Assembly: GCF_006345805.1 (NCBI RefSeq)
Contig: NC_043015.1
Location: 49,414,001-49,478,000, forward strand
Direction of reading: 5' to 3'
Source: Octopus sinensis
Lineage: Eukaryota
DNA: 64,000 nucleotides
In this document: in pieces, positions 13,216-25,818 of the stretch
How positions within the stretch are numbered: the stretch's first letter is position 1
Layout: each line of letters begins with the position of its first letter
Made by a program: the position numbers and the translations under genes
Notes under the pieces: model-generated
Seen by the model: the letters and a program-made list of their open reading frames with translations, nothing else
What the model was told of the DNA's origin: nothing
The model's database searches: none

Positions 13216-13637
13216 CCCGCTTTTTCTTTCTTATAGTAATTTCTAAACATTTCGTGTAAAACGAGACAGCCAGATCATGATACAATTCCGCACTCTGCGC
13301 TGTTGTTAGTTTAACATTGCAATTATCTACCAGGCCTCACTAACGTATAATATGTCGAAGAAAGAGTATGAAAAATGTCACTTCTATTTTGAACACTTCA
13401 TCGATATTTTTAGCGTGAGGTTTTCACATAAATGATTTCGTGTAGTTGTGGTGCTGATGCTGGTGCTGGAGGCACTAGTGAGATGCGGAGTAGGTCTGGG
13501 TGGTGGAGGAAAACCGAAACGCACAGAAAATGATGTCCCAATATATCGATGTAGACACTGTGTTTGTATTATTTATTTTCTTTGTCGTTGTTTTAGCCTG
13601 ACGGATTAAGATAAATTGGGGTGGGGGGGGGACACAT

Positions 13638-13812
13638 AGGCGCAGGCGTGGCCACGTGGTAAGAAAATTTGCTTCTGAACCACATGAATCCGGGTTCAGT
13701 CCCACTGCGAGGCCATTTTGAATGAGTGGCTTCTATTGTAGTTCCGGGTCGTCCCAAAAACTTTGTGAGAAACTTTAGTAGACGGAAACCGAAAAGAAAG
13801 AGCCCGTCGTTC
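13638..13812 (+). mobile_element. SINE-A 5' half
   Basis: AGGCGCAGGCGTGGC head, B box GGTTCAGTCCC. Confidence 0.8.
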
Positions 13813-13815
13813 ATA

Positions 13816-13874
<59 letters not shown>

Positions 13875-13920
13875 GTTATATATAATATATCTATATATAT
13901 ATATAATATATATATATACA

Positions 13921-14096
13921 CGGGAAAGTTTACGAAAATAAACAAAAGACGAAGGCAGGTGGGTACAACCAAACAAATGTATTAGTATAGTGCTCAGGAA
14001 TAGAAATAGAAAAAGTCTTTTACGTTTTCGAGCCTACGCTCTTCGACAGAAAGATACACAGAAAAAAACAGAGAGGAAAAAATGCGTGTAGGAGCT
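13921..14096 (-). mobile_element. Short Penelope pLTR-like unit with a degenerate hammerhead motif (14016-14054)
   Basis: TCTTT-CTGTCGA-A-GAGC-GTAG-GCTC-GAAA-ACGTA-AAAGA; homologous to 41698-41905; (TA)n on both sides. Confidence 0.6.
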
Positions 14097-14136
14097 ATAT
14101 ATATATATTATATATATATCTAATATATACTAGCAT

Positions 14137-14176
<40 letters not shown>

Positions 14177-14309
14177 TGCAAAATAAAAGCAGTTCTATTC
14201 GCACATACATAGTGTATATGTTTTGTTTAAACGCCCATTTGCAGCGGGATGCCACCAAGGAAAGCTTCCTACAGGGCTTTAAGAATATATATATATATAT
14301 AGATATATA

Positions 14310-14560
14310 TAAATACAAAATGGGACAAGAACGCAAAATATTCAGAAGACGATACAAAAAACACGGACGGGTCATTCGAAGCCTTCAATTTTCAGTCAAA
14401 ACCGGATCATCCTCGCAATTTCGGCTGATTAATCTTTAGATTGCTCCAATCCAGCCAGCCCCAAGGAAAAACTAAGCTAAGAGAACCAGATTCCTTGGAA
14501 AAAAGCTTCGAATATATACGAAACAAGGACGGAAAAACGGACGATGATACACGAAGTTAA
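14310..14560. repeat. Unclassified interspersed repeat next to (TA)n
   Basis: Start TACAAAATGGGACAAGAA.GCAAAA recurs near 15822. Confidence 0.45.
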
Positions 14561-14679
14561 AAAAATATATAATAAATGCTTGAATTAACAGAAAACAGAC
14601 ACATACGTAGAAGTTAACTAACTCCACGTCAGTTATCGGCCAGAGGTTCGGGGGCCAAATGCAATTTCGCGTCTATAAC

Positions 14680-14680
14680 G

Positions 14681-14778
<98 letters not shown>

Positions 14779-14891
14779 ATACATACATACATACATACAT
14801 ACATAATGCATACATACATACATAATACATACATACATATATACATACATACATAATACATACATGCATACTACATACATACATACATACA

Positions 14892-14925
<34 letters not shown>
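14680..14925. repeat. (TCTA)n + (TACA)n
   Basis: Direct reading. Confidence 0.95.
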
Positions 14926-14929
14926 CGAT

Positions 14930-15140
14930 ATGTGTGTTTTTGTTTGTCATCCACTCCCGCTTGATAACCGGTGTTGGTTCGACTACGTCCGCCTAACCTA
15001 GCAGTTCGGCGAAAGACAACCGATAGAATAAGTACTCGACTTTAAAACGAAATAAAAATGAGTGAAATAAAAAAAAGTCGTGGAGTCGATTTGTTTCGAC
15101 TAGAAAAACTTTGAAGGCGGTGCTCCAGCATGGCAGCCAA
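14930..15140 (+). mobile_element. SINE-A 3' half, diverged
   Basis: CCGATAGAATAAGTAC..AAGGCGGTGCTCCAGCATGGC. Confidence 0.7.
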
Positions 15141-15852
15141 AAAAATAATAAATAAATGAAAGATTAATGATACAAAATTACACAGACAAGAATCCCGTTT
15201 AAATATAGATTTTTTTTTTTTTTTCGTTTTCTTGTATCTCTATTGGAGACTCGAATGTTGCTCCGGCTCTGTTCTTCGACCAGAATACATCACTTCTGCT
15301 AGAATCGCGTTACTATATAATTAATGCCGGTGACATAGGACTCAGCCGATAGTGTTTTCGATATTTCTTGAACACTGTTTTGTCTTCAGGAGAAAAAAAA
15401 AATAAATGAATAAAAGTAAAACACAAAATAAAGAACAAGCAAGGAAACAAACAAAACCAAGCAAAAAAATTAAACAAACAAACAAACAAACAAAGGGGGG
15501 AAAAAAGAGACGTTAGGTTGCACTTTGTACGCCGTTCTACTGTTAGAAATTCAATTAAGAGCGAATACGTCCTAAATATATCGGGAAATTCACGCACGCA
15601 TAAATATATACGTACACGCACGCACGCACCTACGCACGCCAACGTATTCGTGGATAAAACAACACACAAACACAGGCGTACACTCACATACATACACACA
15701 CATACATAAACACACACACACCTCTACTGACGCATGCGCACACATACATGCATGCATTCGCACAGAATAGACGCATCACACGCAAATATATATATATATA
15801 CATACATATATATATATAGAATACAAAATGGGACAAGAATGCAAAACGCATA

Positions 15853-15898
<46 letters not shown>

Positions 15899-16576
15899 TA
15901 TATATAATACATATATACATATATATACTCACACACATATGTTATATATATAGATATATATATATATATATATGTCTGTATGTATATATATATATATATA
16001 TATATGTAGGATATATATATATATATATATATAATATATATATATATATATGTATATATATGTACGTACATGTGCACACACATGCACATATATATGTATG
16101 CCTGTCTGTCTGTAATTATGCGTACGTGCAAACATACGTACCTGCATACATACATACATAGTATATACAAGCTTGAAGGTATGTTCATATATTAAAACAG
16201 GCTGGGATATTGGTATATATATATATATACTTATATATATATATGGGAGAGAGGGGGAGAGACAAAGAGAGGAGGCGAGAGAGCACGATGGGGGTGGAAG
16301 AGAGGGAAGCAGGGGGAAAAAGAGAGAAGAAGAGAGGATGGAGAAGTAGTTGTAAGTCCTTGTGTGTTTGTGTGTTTGTGTGTGGTGGGGGAAGAGAGAG
16401 AAAACAGAGAGAAAAACAAGAAGAAAAGATTCATAGGTAGTAGCAAAGAGAGAGGGAGAGAGAGAGAGAGAGATAGGAGTGAGAGGGGGTGTGGATTAGA
16501 GATAGAGATTGAGAGAAAGGAGGGAAAAGAGAGGAAGAAATGTGTGCGTGGGAGTGTGGGCGAGAGTTATTGTGTA

Positions 16577-16631
<55 letters not shown>

Positions 16632-16796
16632 TGTGATTGGTGGTAACGAGTGAGAGAGGATGAGAGAGACGAAGTAGCAAGGGAATTGTAAAGCGAGGCA
16701 GAGAGAGAGAGAGAGAGAGAATGAATGAAAGAGAGAAAGAGATAGATGAGAAGGGAACGAGGGAAACAGCTTGTGTGTATGTGTGTGTGTGTTTTG

Positions 16797-16822
16797 ATAG
16801 ATAGATCGATAGATAGACAGAC

Positions 16823-16877
<55 letters not shown>

Positions 16878-16882
16878 CAGAG

Positions 16883-16936
<54 letters not shown>

Positions 16937-17058
16937 GTAGGTAGATAGATATAGAGATAGATAGATATATAGATAATATATCGATAGATAACAGATAGAT
17001 AGATAGATAGATTAGAGATGATAGATAGATAGATAGATAGATAGATAGACAACAGATA

Positions 17059-17092
<34 letters not shown>

Positions 17093-17130
17093 GATAGATA
17101 TATAGATATACAGACAGATAGATATATAGA

Positions 17131-17169
<39 letters not shown>

Positions 17170-17217
17170 TAGATAGACAGACAGATCGATCGATCGATCG
17201 ATAGATAGATAGATAGA
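16797..17217. repeat. (GATA)n
   Basis: Direct reading. Confidence 0.95.
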
Positions 17218-17445
17218 AGGAGAGGTAGATAGAGAAAAAGAGAAACAGCTATATATATACAGAGAGAGAGGGAAAAGAGAGAGAGAGAGAAGGAGAGAGA
17301 AAGATGGAAAAGGGATGGAGGAGGGAGGGTGGGAGGGTAATATTTGAGCAATGTGCGCTGAATGTTCGAATGAACTGTTTTGTTGGAAGGGTCTCGGCAC
17401 GCAAAGGCCTCTTTAAGCACGAAATGATACATTGCTGCGTGGATC

Positions 17446-17497
<52 letters not shown>

Positions 17498-18110
17498 TCT
17501 AATATCTTGAGACAGTCAATGTATAGCGTGACAAGACAATAATGGGGTGTGATGGATCGGAGAATTATCTCCAGAACATTCCAAAGCCGTGTTTGGCATT
17601 ATAAAAATAAAATAAAATAAAATAAAATAAAATAAAACAAGACTGATTGTTATATCAAAACGTTAAAATTCCGTAAGCTGAAATGCTGCCATGCGCATAG
17701 CAGATCAGTTTGATATCTCAACAACGATAAAACAATAGAATGGTTTGGTAGTTTGTGAGGAACCAAAGTGTGTTGTTGTCAATATTAGTAATGAAATATA
17801 CATACATATGTATACAGCATTCATATACATATACGTTTAAATAAATATAAATATAAATATATATATGTATATATAATTAATAATATCAAGGGTAATAAGA
17901 AATATTAGAAATTTCTATCACCAGTAGTCTAACGTGTAAAAATTTAGTCAATAGGTTATATATTATTCATATAAATATAGTGTACCTTTAAACACATAAG
18001 AGGCATCAATCATAGGATTCCTTGCATGCTAGAAAGAACAGTTAAGTCCCAAACCACTGTTAGGGATAAAACTTCGAAGGGAATTAAAAATAACATTTAC
18101 CATCTAAATT

Positions 18111-18177
18111 CTGGACCATGGTTTCAGACATTTTTTAGCAAATAAAATAATTTGCTCGGCGAAGTCTTCTTCAGCAG
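18111..18177 (-). ncRNA. Minimal type I hammerhead ribozyme
   Basis: CTG-CTGAAGA-AGAC..[inner hairpin AGCAAAT/ATTTGCT]..GTCT-GAAA-CCATGG-TC-CAG; all core positions canonical. Confidence 0.8.
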
Positions 18178-18318
18178 GTACATATTAGATTAAACATATA
18201 TACACGAGGCAATCCAGCATATGCCCCGAGCTTGCGCGGTAAATTTGAAAAATTAGAATGTATAACGTCGGGGCATATACTGGATTGCCTCGTGTATATA
18301 TGTTTCATCTAAGGGGTA

Positions 18319-18388
18319 CCTGCTGAAGAAGACTTCGCTTAGCAAATTATTTTATTTACTAAACAAAGTTTTGAAACCATGGTCCAGG
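18319..18388 (+). ncRNA. Minimal type I hammerhead ribozyme (second arm)
   Basis: CCTG-CTGAAGA-AGACTT..AAGTTTT-GAAA-CCATGG-TC-CAGG. Confidence 0.75.
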
Positions 18389-18599
18389 AATTAGATAGTA
18401 AATGTTTTTATTTTTCATTCCTTTCGAAGTTTTATCCCTAATAGCGGTTTGGAATTTAACTGTTCTGTCTAGCATGCAAGGAGTCCTATGATGGATGCCA
18501 CTTATGTGTTTAAATGTACATCGTATTTATATGTATGTATGTGTGTGTGTGTGTGTTCGTTTGTGTGTGCGTGCGTATAAGTATAGATATATATATGTT

Positions 18600-18741
18600 C
18601 GGGGGTTACACAAAATGATGGAAACACCTTAAAATTTCAAACAAATTTATTTCAATATGGGGTAGGACCGCCTTTGGCAGTAATTACACCTTGAATTCTA
18701 TGAGGTATGGCCTCGTACAAAGTTCGAATTGTTCCGGCAAG
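18600..18741 (-). mobile_element. Tc1/mariner 3' end fragment
   Basis: Minus strand reads TIRTLYEAIPHRIQGVITAKGGPTPY*, a Tc1 transposase C-terminus; TIR-like CGGGGGTTACACAAAATGATGGAAACACC. Confidence 0.8.
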
Positions 18742-18878
18742 TTGCTATAAACAATTAAAATATTGTCATCGGAAATGAAAGATAAAAACATACACAAACA
18801 AATTAGAAGCACCAGGAAGTGACCGCACGAATGAGACTGCATAATGAAGGGTGGATATTTACTTTCAGATGTACATAT

Positions 18879-18971
<93 letters not shown>

Positions 18972-18976
18972 TTCAT

Positions 18977-19060
18977 AGGCGCAGGAATGGCCGTATGGTA
19001 AGTAGCTTGCATCTCAACCACATGGCTACGGGTTCAGTTCTACACTCTTTCTCTCTCACA

Positions 19061-19131
<71 letters not shown>

Positions 19132-19269
19132 CATCTCTGTGTATGTGTGTGTGTGTGTGTGTGTGGCTGTGTGCTAAGAAGCTTGCCTCCCAATCTCACG
19201 GTTCTGGGTTCAGTCCCACTACGTGGCACGTTCAGTAACTGTCTTCTACCTTAGCCTCAAGCCGACCAA

Positions 19270-19336
<67 letters not shown>

Positions 19337-19580
19337 TATGTATGTATGTATGTATATATGTATGTACGTATGAATGTTTCTGTGTCTGTGCTTGTCTCCC
19401 ATCATCGCTTGACAACCGATATTCGTGTGTTTACGTTCCCGTAACCTAGCGGTTCGGCAAAAGTGACCGATAGCATGACAGGCTTACGAAGAATAAGTCC
19501 TGGGATCGATTTTTTTTCGACTAAAAGACGGTGCTCCAGCATAGCCGCAGTCAAATGACCGAAACAGGCAAGAGAATAAA
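18977..19580 (+). mobile_element. SINE-A head (18977-19040) and a second deleted SINE-A (19163-19580)
   Basis: Two heads, one tail, microsatellites between. Confidence 0.8.
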
Positions 19581-19593
19581 TGAACACACACAC

Positions 19594-19644
<51 letters not shown>

Positions 19645-20204
19645 CAGCGCCAAGCAATGTTTAGGCATAAGCGAACTTTCGCTTAGTTAAAATATGTTTG
19701 TAATATATTTCCACTTCTAAAGGCAAATTTTTACTCCACAGCAACTGCAGTGAATTTGTCTTTAGAATTTGAAAATATGTTTGCTGCAAAAAGATAAACA
19801 GCTGGAAGCATTACTACAGACAATGCATGGATTTACCAAAGAAATAAACACGAAATTCGGCTTAGAAACATATGCGAAGGCAACCTTGAAAAGAGAAAAA
19901 CTAGTTAAGAGTAATACTATCTCACTAGATAAAGAAAATGAAATAAGAGAATTAGGCCAATCTCAGACATACAAATACGTATGAATCAATGAACTAGATA
20001 AGGTGAAACACACAGAAACGAAAACAAAAATAAGGAACGAATACTATGGATGAGTTAGATTAATACTTAAAACAGGGCTCTGTGCGTAAAACAAGACAAG
20101 AGGTATCAATACTCAAGTTGTTTCAGTTATAAGTTAGAGTTACGATATTCTTAACTGGACACAAAAAGAACTAACCAAACGAGATAGGAAAACTAGAAAA
20201 AAAA

Positions 20205-20540
20205 CTCCACCCGTCTAACATTCGTGGACATGTTTACAAAGTCAGAAAACAGCATAGCTCCCATGACTTTCGGAAACATTTTTTCACGCTGAGAGTTGCT
20301 GAAGCATGGAACAACCTGCCGGCATCAGTTGTTAGTTGTCGGAGCACTGCATCCTTCAAAACTTCCATGCTTTCTGAGATTCGCCAACACTACACCTGAT
20401 TTTCTCCCCTCCATACACACACAAGCATGTATCTGACTCATACATTGTTCGCTTTCCAGACATTTGTACATTACTGCATATACTTTATACGCACTTTCTG
20501 ACAAGTTGTGGTGCACCTGAGCACTGTATACAATAATTTC
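20205..20540 (+). mobile_element. CR1-type LINE 3' end
   Basis: IRGHVYKVRK..RKHFFTLRVAEAWNNLPASVV..SFK, then a short 3' UTR and (ATT)n tail. Confidence 0.85.
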
Positions 20541-20561
20541 ATTATTATTATTATTATTATT

Positions 20562-21153
<592 letters not shown>

Positions 21154-21656
21154 GACGGAATTTAGAGTACACAGCTCATATAACAGTTATATATAAAACA
21201 AATTGAAGGTGGTAAAGGATTTGTGCAATTAGAAAGGTGTTATTAAATATCCACCATAAGATTACAGAAATATCTAACTTAGAAAGTGGGAAAACTGTTA
21301 CAAACAGCTACACAGCACGAGCAAAACACACAGAAAAAACTCTTTTTGTCTTCAAAGAAGCCAAAAAAATAGAAGAGTGGTCATATCTGATAACTATAGG
21401 AAAGGATGAAAGAAACAAAAGAAGTAAAGCAGCTAAAATCTAAGCTAAAACTACAACTAAAAAATAACATGATAAAAGGATGGCAAGAAAAGCTCTTACA
21501 TGGCAAATACAGGGATGAGCTAAATAGGAAAGAAATAGACAAAGTAAAATCTTAGCAATGGTCGAGAAGTTCAGGGCTCAGAGCAGAGACGGAAGGGTTT
21601 TTAATTGCAGCACAAATTCGAAGCTTCCCTACTAGCAACCACGAAAAACACATAAT

Positions 21657-22048
21657 ACTCTTTTACTTGTTTCAGTCATTTGACTGCGACCATGCTGGAG
21701 CACCGCTTTTAGTCGAGCAAATCGACCCCGGGACTTATTCTTTGTAAGCCCAGTACTTATTCTATCGGTCTTTTTTGCCGAACCGCTAAGATACGGGGAC
21801 CTAAATACACCAGCATCGGTTGTCAAGCGATGTTGGTGGGACAAACACAGACACACAAACATATACACACACACATACATATACATATATATACGACGGG
21901 CTTCTTTCAATTTCCGTCTACCAAATCCACTCACAAAGGCTTTGTTCGGCCCGAGGCTATAGTAGAAGACATTTGCCCAAGGTGCCACTGAACCCGGAAC
22001 CATGTGGTTGGTAAGCAAGCTACTTGCCACACAGCCACTCCTACGTCT
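21657..22048 (-). mobile_element. SINE-A inserted in Dong-2
   Basis: Full SINE-A splitting the Dong-2 coding trace just before the CCHC knuckle. Confidence 0.9.
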
Positions 22049-22717
22049 ATGAAGAAAAATACAAGTAACTGCAGAGTATGTGTTGATGGGGAAGAAACAA
22101 TAAATCGTATTGTCTCTGGCTGCCTGGTCCTGGCTAAGAAATATATCCACAGACATGACAGATTTGGCCCCTATGTACATTGGTAGCTCGACCAACACTG
22201 TGGAATGGCAACAGAAAAATGATGGTATCGTCAGACCCCAGAAAGGGTCTCAGAAAATAACAAAGCAACAATACTCTGAGATATGCCACTATATACAGAC
22301 AGACAGATGAAGGGTAAAAGACCTGATATAGTAGTCAAGAAAAAAATGCCTCTTTATCGACATATAAATTCCGACAGATGATAATGTATCTCTAAAAGAA
22401 ACAGAGAAACCCTCAAAATACAAAAAAAAAAAAAATGGAAATAGAGATAATCGGAATATTGAGTCTATAAACAGAACCAATCTCTATAATAATAGGTATG
22501 ATCAAAAGAATACAGACAAATGCATAATGAAAACATCAGGACTTAACGAATATGTATAACATACAGAAAATAACACTACCAGGCATCGCACACATCCTAC
22601 GTAAAACACTTTTAATACAGTGAAGATAAGAGCATCACAACAAACCACAGCACATGCCCAAGGCACACAGCGCTGCGCTCGGTAGTACAGTGAAAGCACG
22701 GGACAAAATTAAAACTA

Positions 22718-22720
<3 letters not shown>

Positions 22721-22758
<38 letters not shown>

Positions 22759-22783
22759 TAATAATAATAACAATAATAATAAC

Positions 22784-22826
<43 letters not shown>

Positions 22827-23347
22827 TAATAATAATAACTATAACAACAACAACAACAACAACAATAATAATAATAATAATAATGATAATAATAATAATA
22901 ATAATAATTCGTTCGTTTAACGGTCACAAGGGCTAACAAAAATCAATTAAAACATAATTATAATAATAATTATGATAATAATAATAATAATAACAAGAAC
23001 AATAATAATAATAATAATAATAACAACAACAACAACAAAACAACAATAATAATAATAATATTAATAATAATAATAACGACAATAATAATAACAATAACAA
23101 TAAAAATAATAATAATAATAACAATAATAATAATAATAATAATAATAACAACAATAATAATAACAATAACAGTAAAAATAATAATAATAATAACAACAAT
23201 ATAATAATAATATAATAATAATAATATTAATAATAATAATAATAATAATAATATAATAATAATAATAATAATAATAAAATATTAATAATAATATTATAAT
23301 AATAATAATATAATAACAATAACAATAAAAATAATAATAATAATAAC

Positions 23348-23384
<37 letters not shown>

Positions 23385-23558
23385 TTAATAATAATAATAA
23401 TATAATAATATTAATAATAATAATAATATTATAATAATAATAATAACAATAATTAACAATAACAATAAAAATAATAATAATAACAACAACAACAATAATA
23501 ATAATAACAACAACAACAACAATAATAATAATAATAATAAATAATAATAATAATAGTA

Positions 23559-23604
<46 letters not shown>

Positions 23605-23708
23605 TAATAATAACAATAACAATAAAAATAATAATAATAATAATAATAATGATAATAATAATAATAATAATAACAAGAACAATAATAATAACAACAACAA
23701 TAATAGTA

Positions 23709-23739
<31 letters not shown>

Positions 23740-23795
23740 TATTAATAATAATAATAATAATAATGATGATAATAATAATAATAATAATAATAATA

Positions 23796-23828
<33 letters not shown>

Positions 23829-23855
23829 TAAAAAAACAAAAATAACAATAATAAG
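22721..23855. repeat. ~1.1-kb (TAA)n/(CAA)n array
   Basis: Direct reading. Confidence 0.95.
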
Positions 23856-24102
23856 ATACTACTGTGACTACACATAAAACAATATCATTGATGATGATGG
23901 TGGTGATGGTGATGGTGATGATGATAATGATGATGGTAATGGTGGTGATAATGATGATAGTGATGGTAATGGTGATGATAATAACAATAATAAGCCGACT
24001 ACGGCTGCTATAATGGTACGATTATAATTGTAACGGCAATGATGGCCGTCTCCCCAAGAGCAAATCAAAGCTAAAAAATGATAACATTATCGTAGCACCA
24101 AA

Positions 24103-25818
24103 ATGTTTTTGGAAACTAAAAGGAAAACTAAATCAGTATACCAAATCGCTTGTCCTATGGTTAATTTGGAAGCGCGTCCCCCAGGGAAGAGCCAGCCTGG
24201 GATCGAAAAGTCATCAACTGGCCCAAACTCTTCTCCGAATACGGACATGGATGGTCACTTGAACGGGAAATCCCCCAACTCGAGCCCTCCAAGTTCACCA
24301 CCACAACCACCACAGAAAGAAAAATGTAAGCGGAACAAATGGACCCGAGAAGAGTATAAAGAAGTAATATACGCTTATTACTATGCATTAGGTAGGCCTT
24401 CTCAAGAGAGACACACCGCAAACTCTTACAGTATATGGAGAACACGGAATCAAGACAGTAGGCCCTATTTGGACGAGAACAAATTAGCAAATGTGAGGAG
24501 GGATATCTTTAGAAATAACAGACTCACAGACAGTGAAATAAGCGCGATCAAGCACGCAACGGAAAATGACATAAATATAAGACACAAAGGAAATGAAGAA
24601 TCAGATGAACAGTATAGCCCGCCACGAGGCTTAATTGAAAGACTGCCATCTGACCAAAGTACGCAAAGGCCTGAAGATACAAGAAATTCTATTGTACCTG
24701 TTAAAGATAGCCAGGAAAACGAAAAAACAACAGTAACTGAAGATCTCGCATTTGCTGAAGAACACAGAGAGTCTATGGCAGAAATGAGGCAGAAAATCCT
24801 GAATAAGCTTGAAGTTGTAAGACATACAAGTATGAATGATAGAGAACCGCTTCATAAACTCTCAAATACAAACCAAAATAAAAAACAAATCCAAATTGGC
24901 AACTATGTAATAAATGAAATAATACGAGAATTAAAACCTGATTTTACTGAGTTAAATGAAATTATTTACGCTTCTGCTAGGGCAATTGAAACTAGCTGTA
25001 TGCCCCCGAAAAAACAAAGAAAACAAAACCTGGGAAGAAATCAAGCCTGGAGAAGTAAAATTGAAAAAGAGATTGAATTTATGAGAGGGGAAATATCAAT
25101 ATTAAATGAACTAATATGTGGAAATGATGTAAGATCCAGAACAGGAAGAAAGATGAAGAGAAAATTTGGATCCTCACCAAGAGAAGAACTGATATCAATA
25201 AAAGAAACGCTGAAACAAAAAGTCCAAGCAAAAGCCCAAAGAATACGAAGATTTGAGAAGAGAAACAAGTTTTACAAGCAAAATAAGCTGTTCACATCCA
25301 ATGCCAAAAAATTCTACAGAGAAATAGGGAAGGAGAAAGTAACCGTTAAAGACCCCCCTCCCATGGAAGAAGTTCAAAACTTTTGGAAAAGGATTTGGAG
25401 TGACAAGAAGACGTACAACATAAATGCAGACTGGATTATACAAACTGAAGGATCCTACCAAAATTTACAACAACAAGCATGGGAAGACATCACAATAGCA
25501 GACCTAAGAAAGGCACTCACGAAGGCCCATAATTGGAAATCCCCCGGTAAAGATAGGGTGCCGAATTTCTGGCTCGCATCGCTCCCGTGCGCACACGGTA
25601 AGCTAGTTCAGCTGCTCAATGGAATTATGAGAGACCCAAAGAAAACACCTGAATGGTTAGCAAGTGGCATTACTTACCTACTCCCAAAGAATAACGAAAC
25701 CAACCTTCCAAAAAACTATCGGCCTATAACCTGTCTATCCACCACGTATAAAATCCTAACATCTATCCTGGCGGAGAAAACATGCATTCATGGAGAAGAA
25801 CGATATTTTCCCCATTGA
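24103..25818 (+). CDS. Dong-1 polyprotein N-terminal part (Myb-like domain, RT start), ended by a frameshift near 25782
   Basis: KWTREEYKEVIYAYY..W..KLANVRRDI; NWKSPGKDRVPNFWL; NYRPITCLSTTYKILT. Confidence 0.85.
   Translation: MFLETKRKTKSVYQIACPMVNLEARPPGKSQPGIEKSSTGPNSSPNTDMDGHLNGKSPNSSPPSSPPQPPQKEKCKRNKWTREEYKEVIYAYYYALGRPSQERHTANSYSIWRTRNQDSRPYLDENKLANVRRDIFRNNRLTDSEISAIKHATENDINIRHKGNEESDEQYSPPRGLIERLPSDQSTQRPEDTRNSIVPVKDSQENEKTTVTEDLAFAEEHRESMAEMRQKILNKLEVVRHTSMNDREPLHKLSNTNQNKKQIQIGNYVINEIIRELKPDFTELNEIIYASARAIETSCMPPKKQRKQNLGRNQAWRSKIEKEIEFMRGEISILNELICGNDVRSRTGRKMKRKFGSSPREELISIKETLKQKVQAKAQRIRRFEKRNKFYKQNKLFTSNAKKFYREIGKEKVTVKDPPPMEEVQNFWKRIWSDKKTYNINADWIIQTEGSYQNLQQQAWEDITIADLRKALTKAHNWKSPGKDRVPNFWLASLPCAHGKLVQLLNGIMRDPKKTPEWLASGITYLLPKNNETNLPKNYRPITCLSTTYKILTSILAEKTCIHGEERYFPH

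Larger units (their letters stand above)
17968..18533. repeat. Foldback: inverted repeat with ~260-bp arms (17968-18229 / 18268-18533), 38-nt spacer; inverted Penelope pLTR-like pair
   Basis: Arms align as reverse complements, roughly 85-90% identical by eye. Confidence 0.92.

Noticed and set aside
14405-14450. Hammerhead-like CTAAAGA..GAAA on the minus strand
   Set aside because: No stem II and no valid stem III or cleavage triplet.
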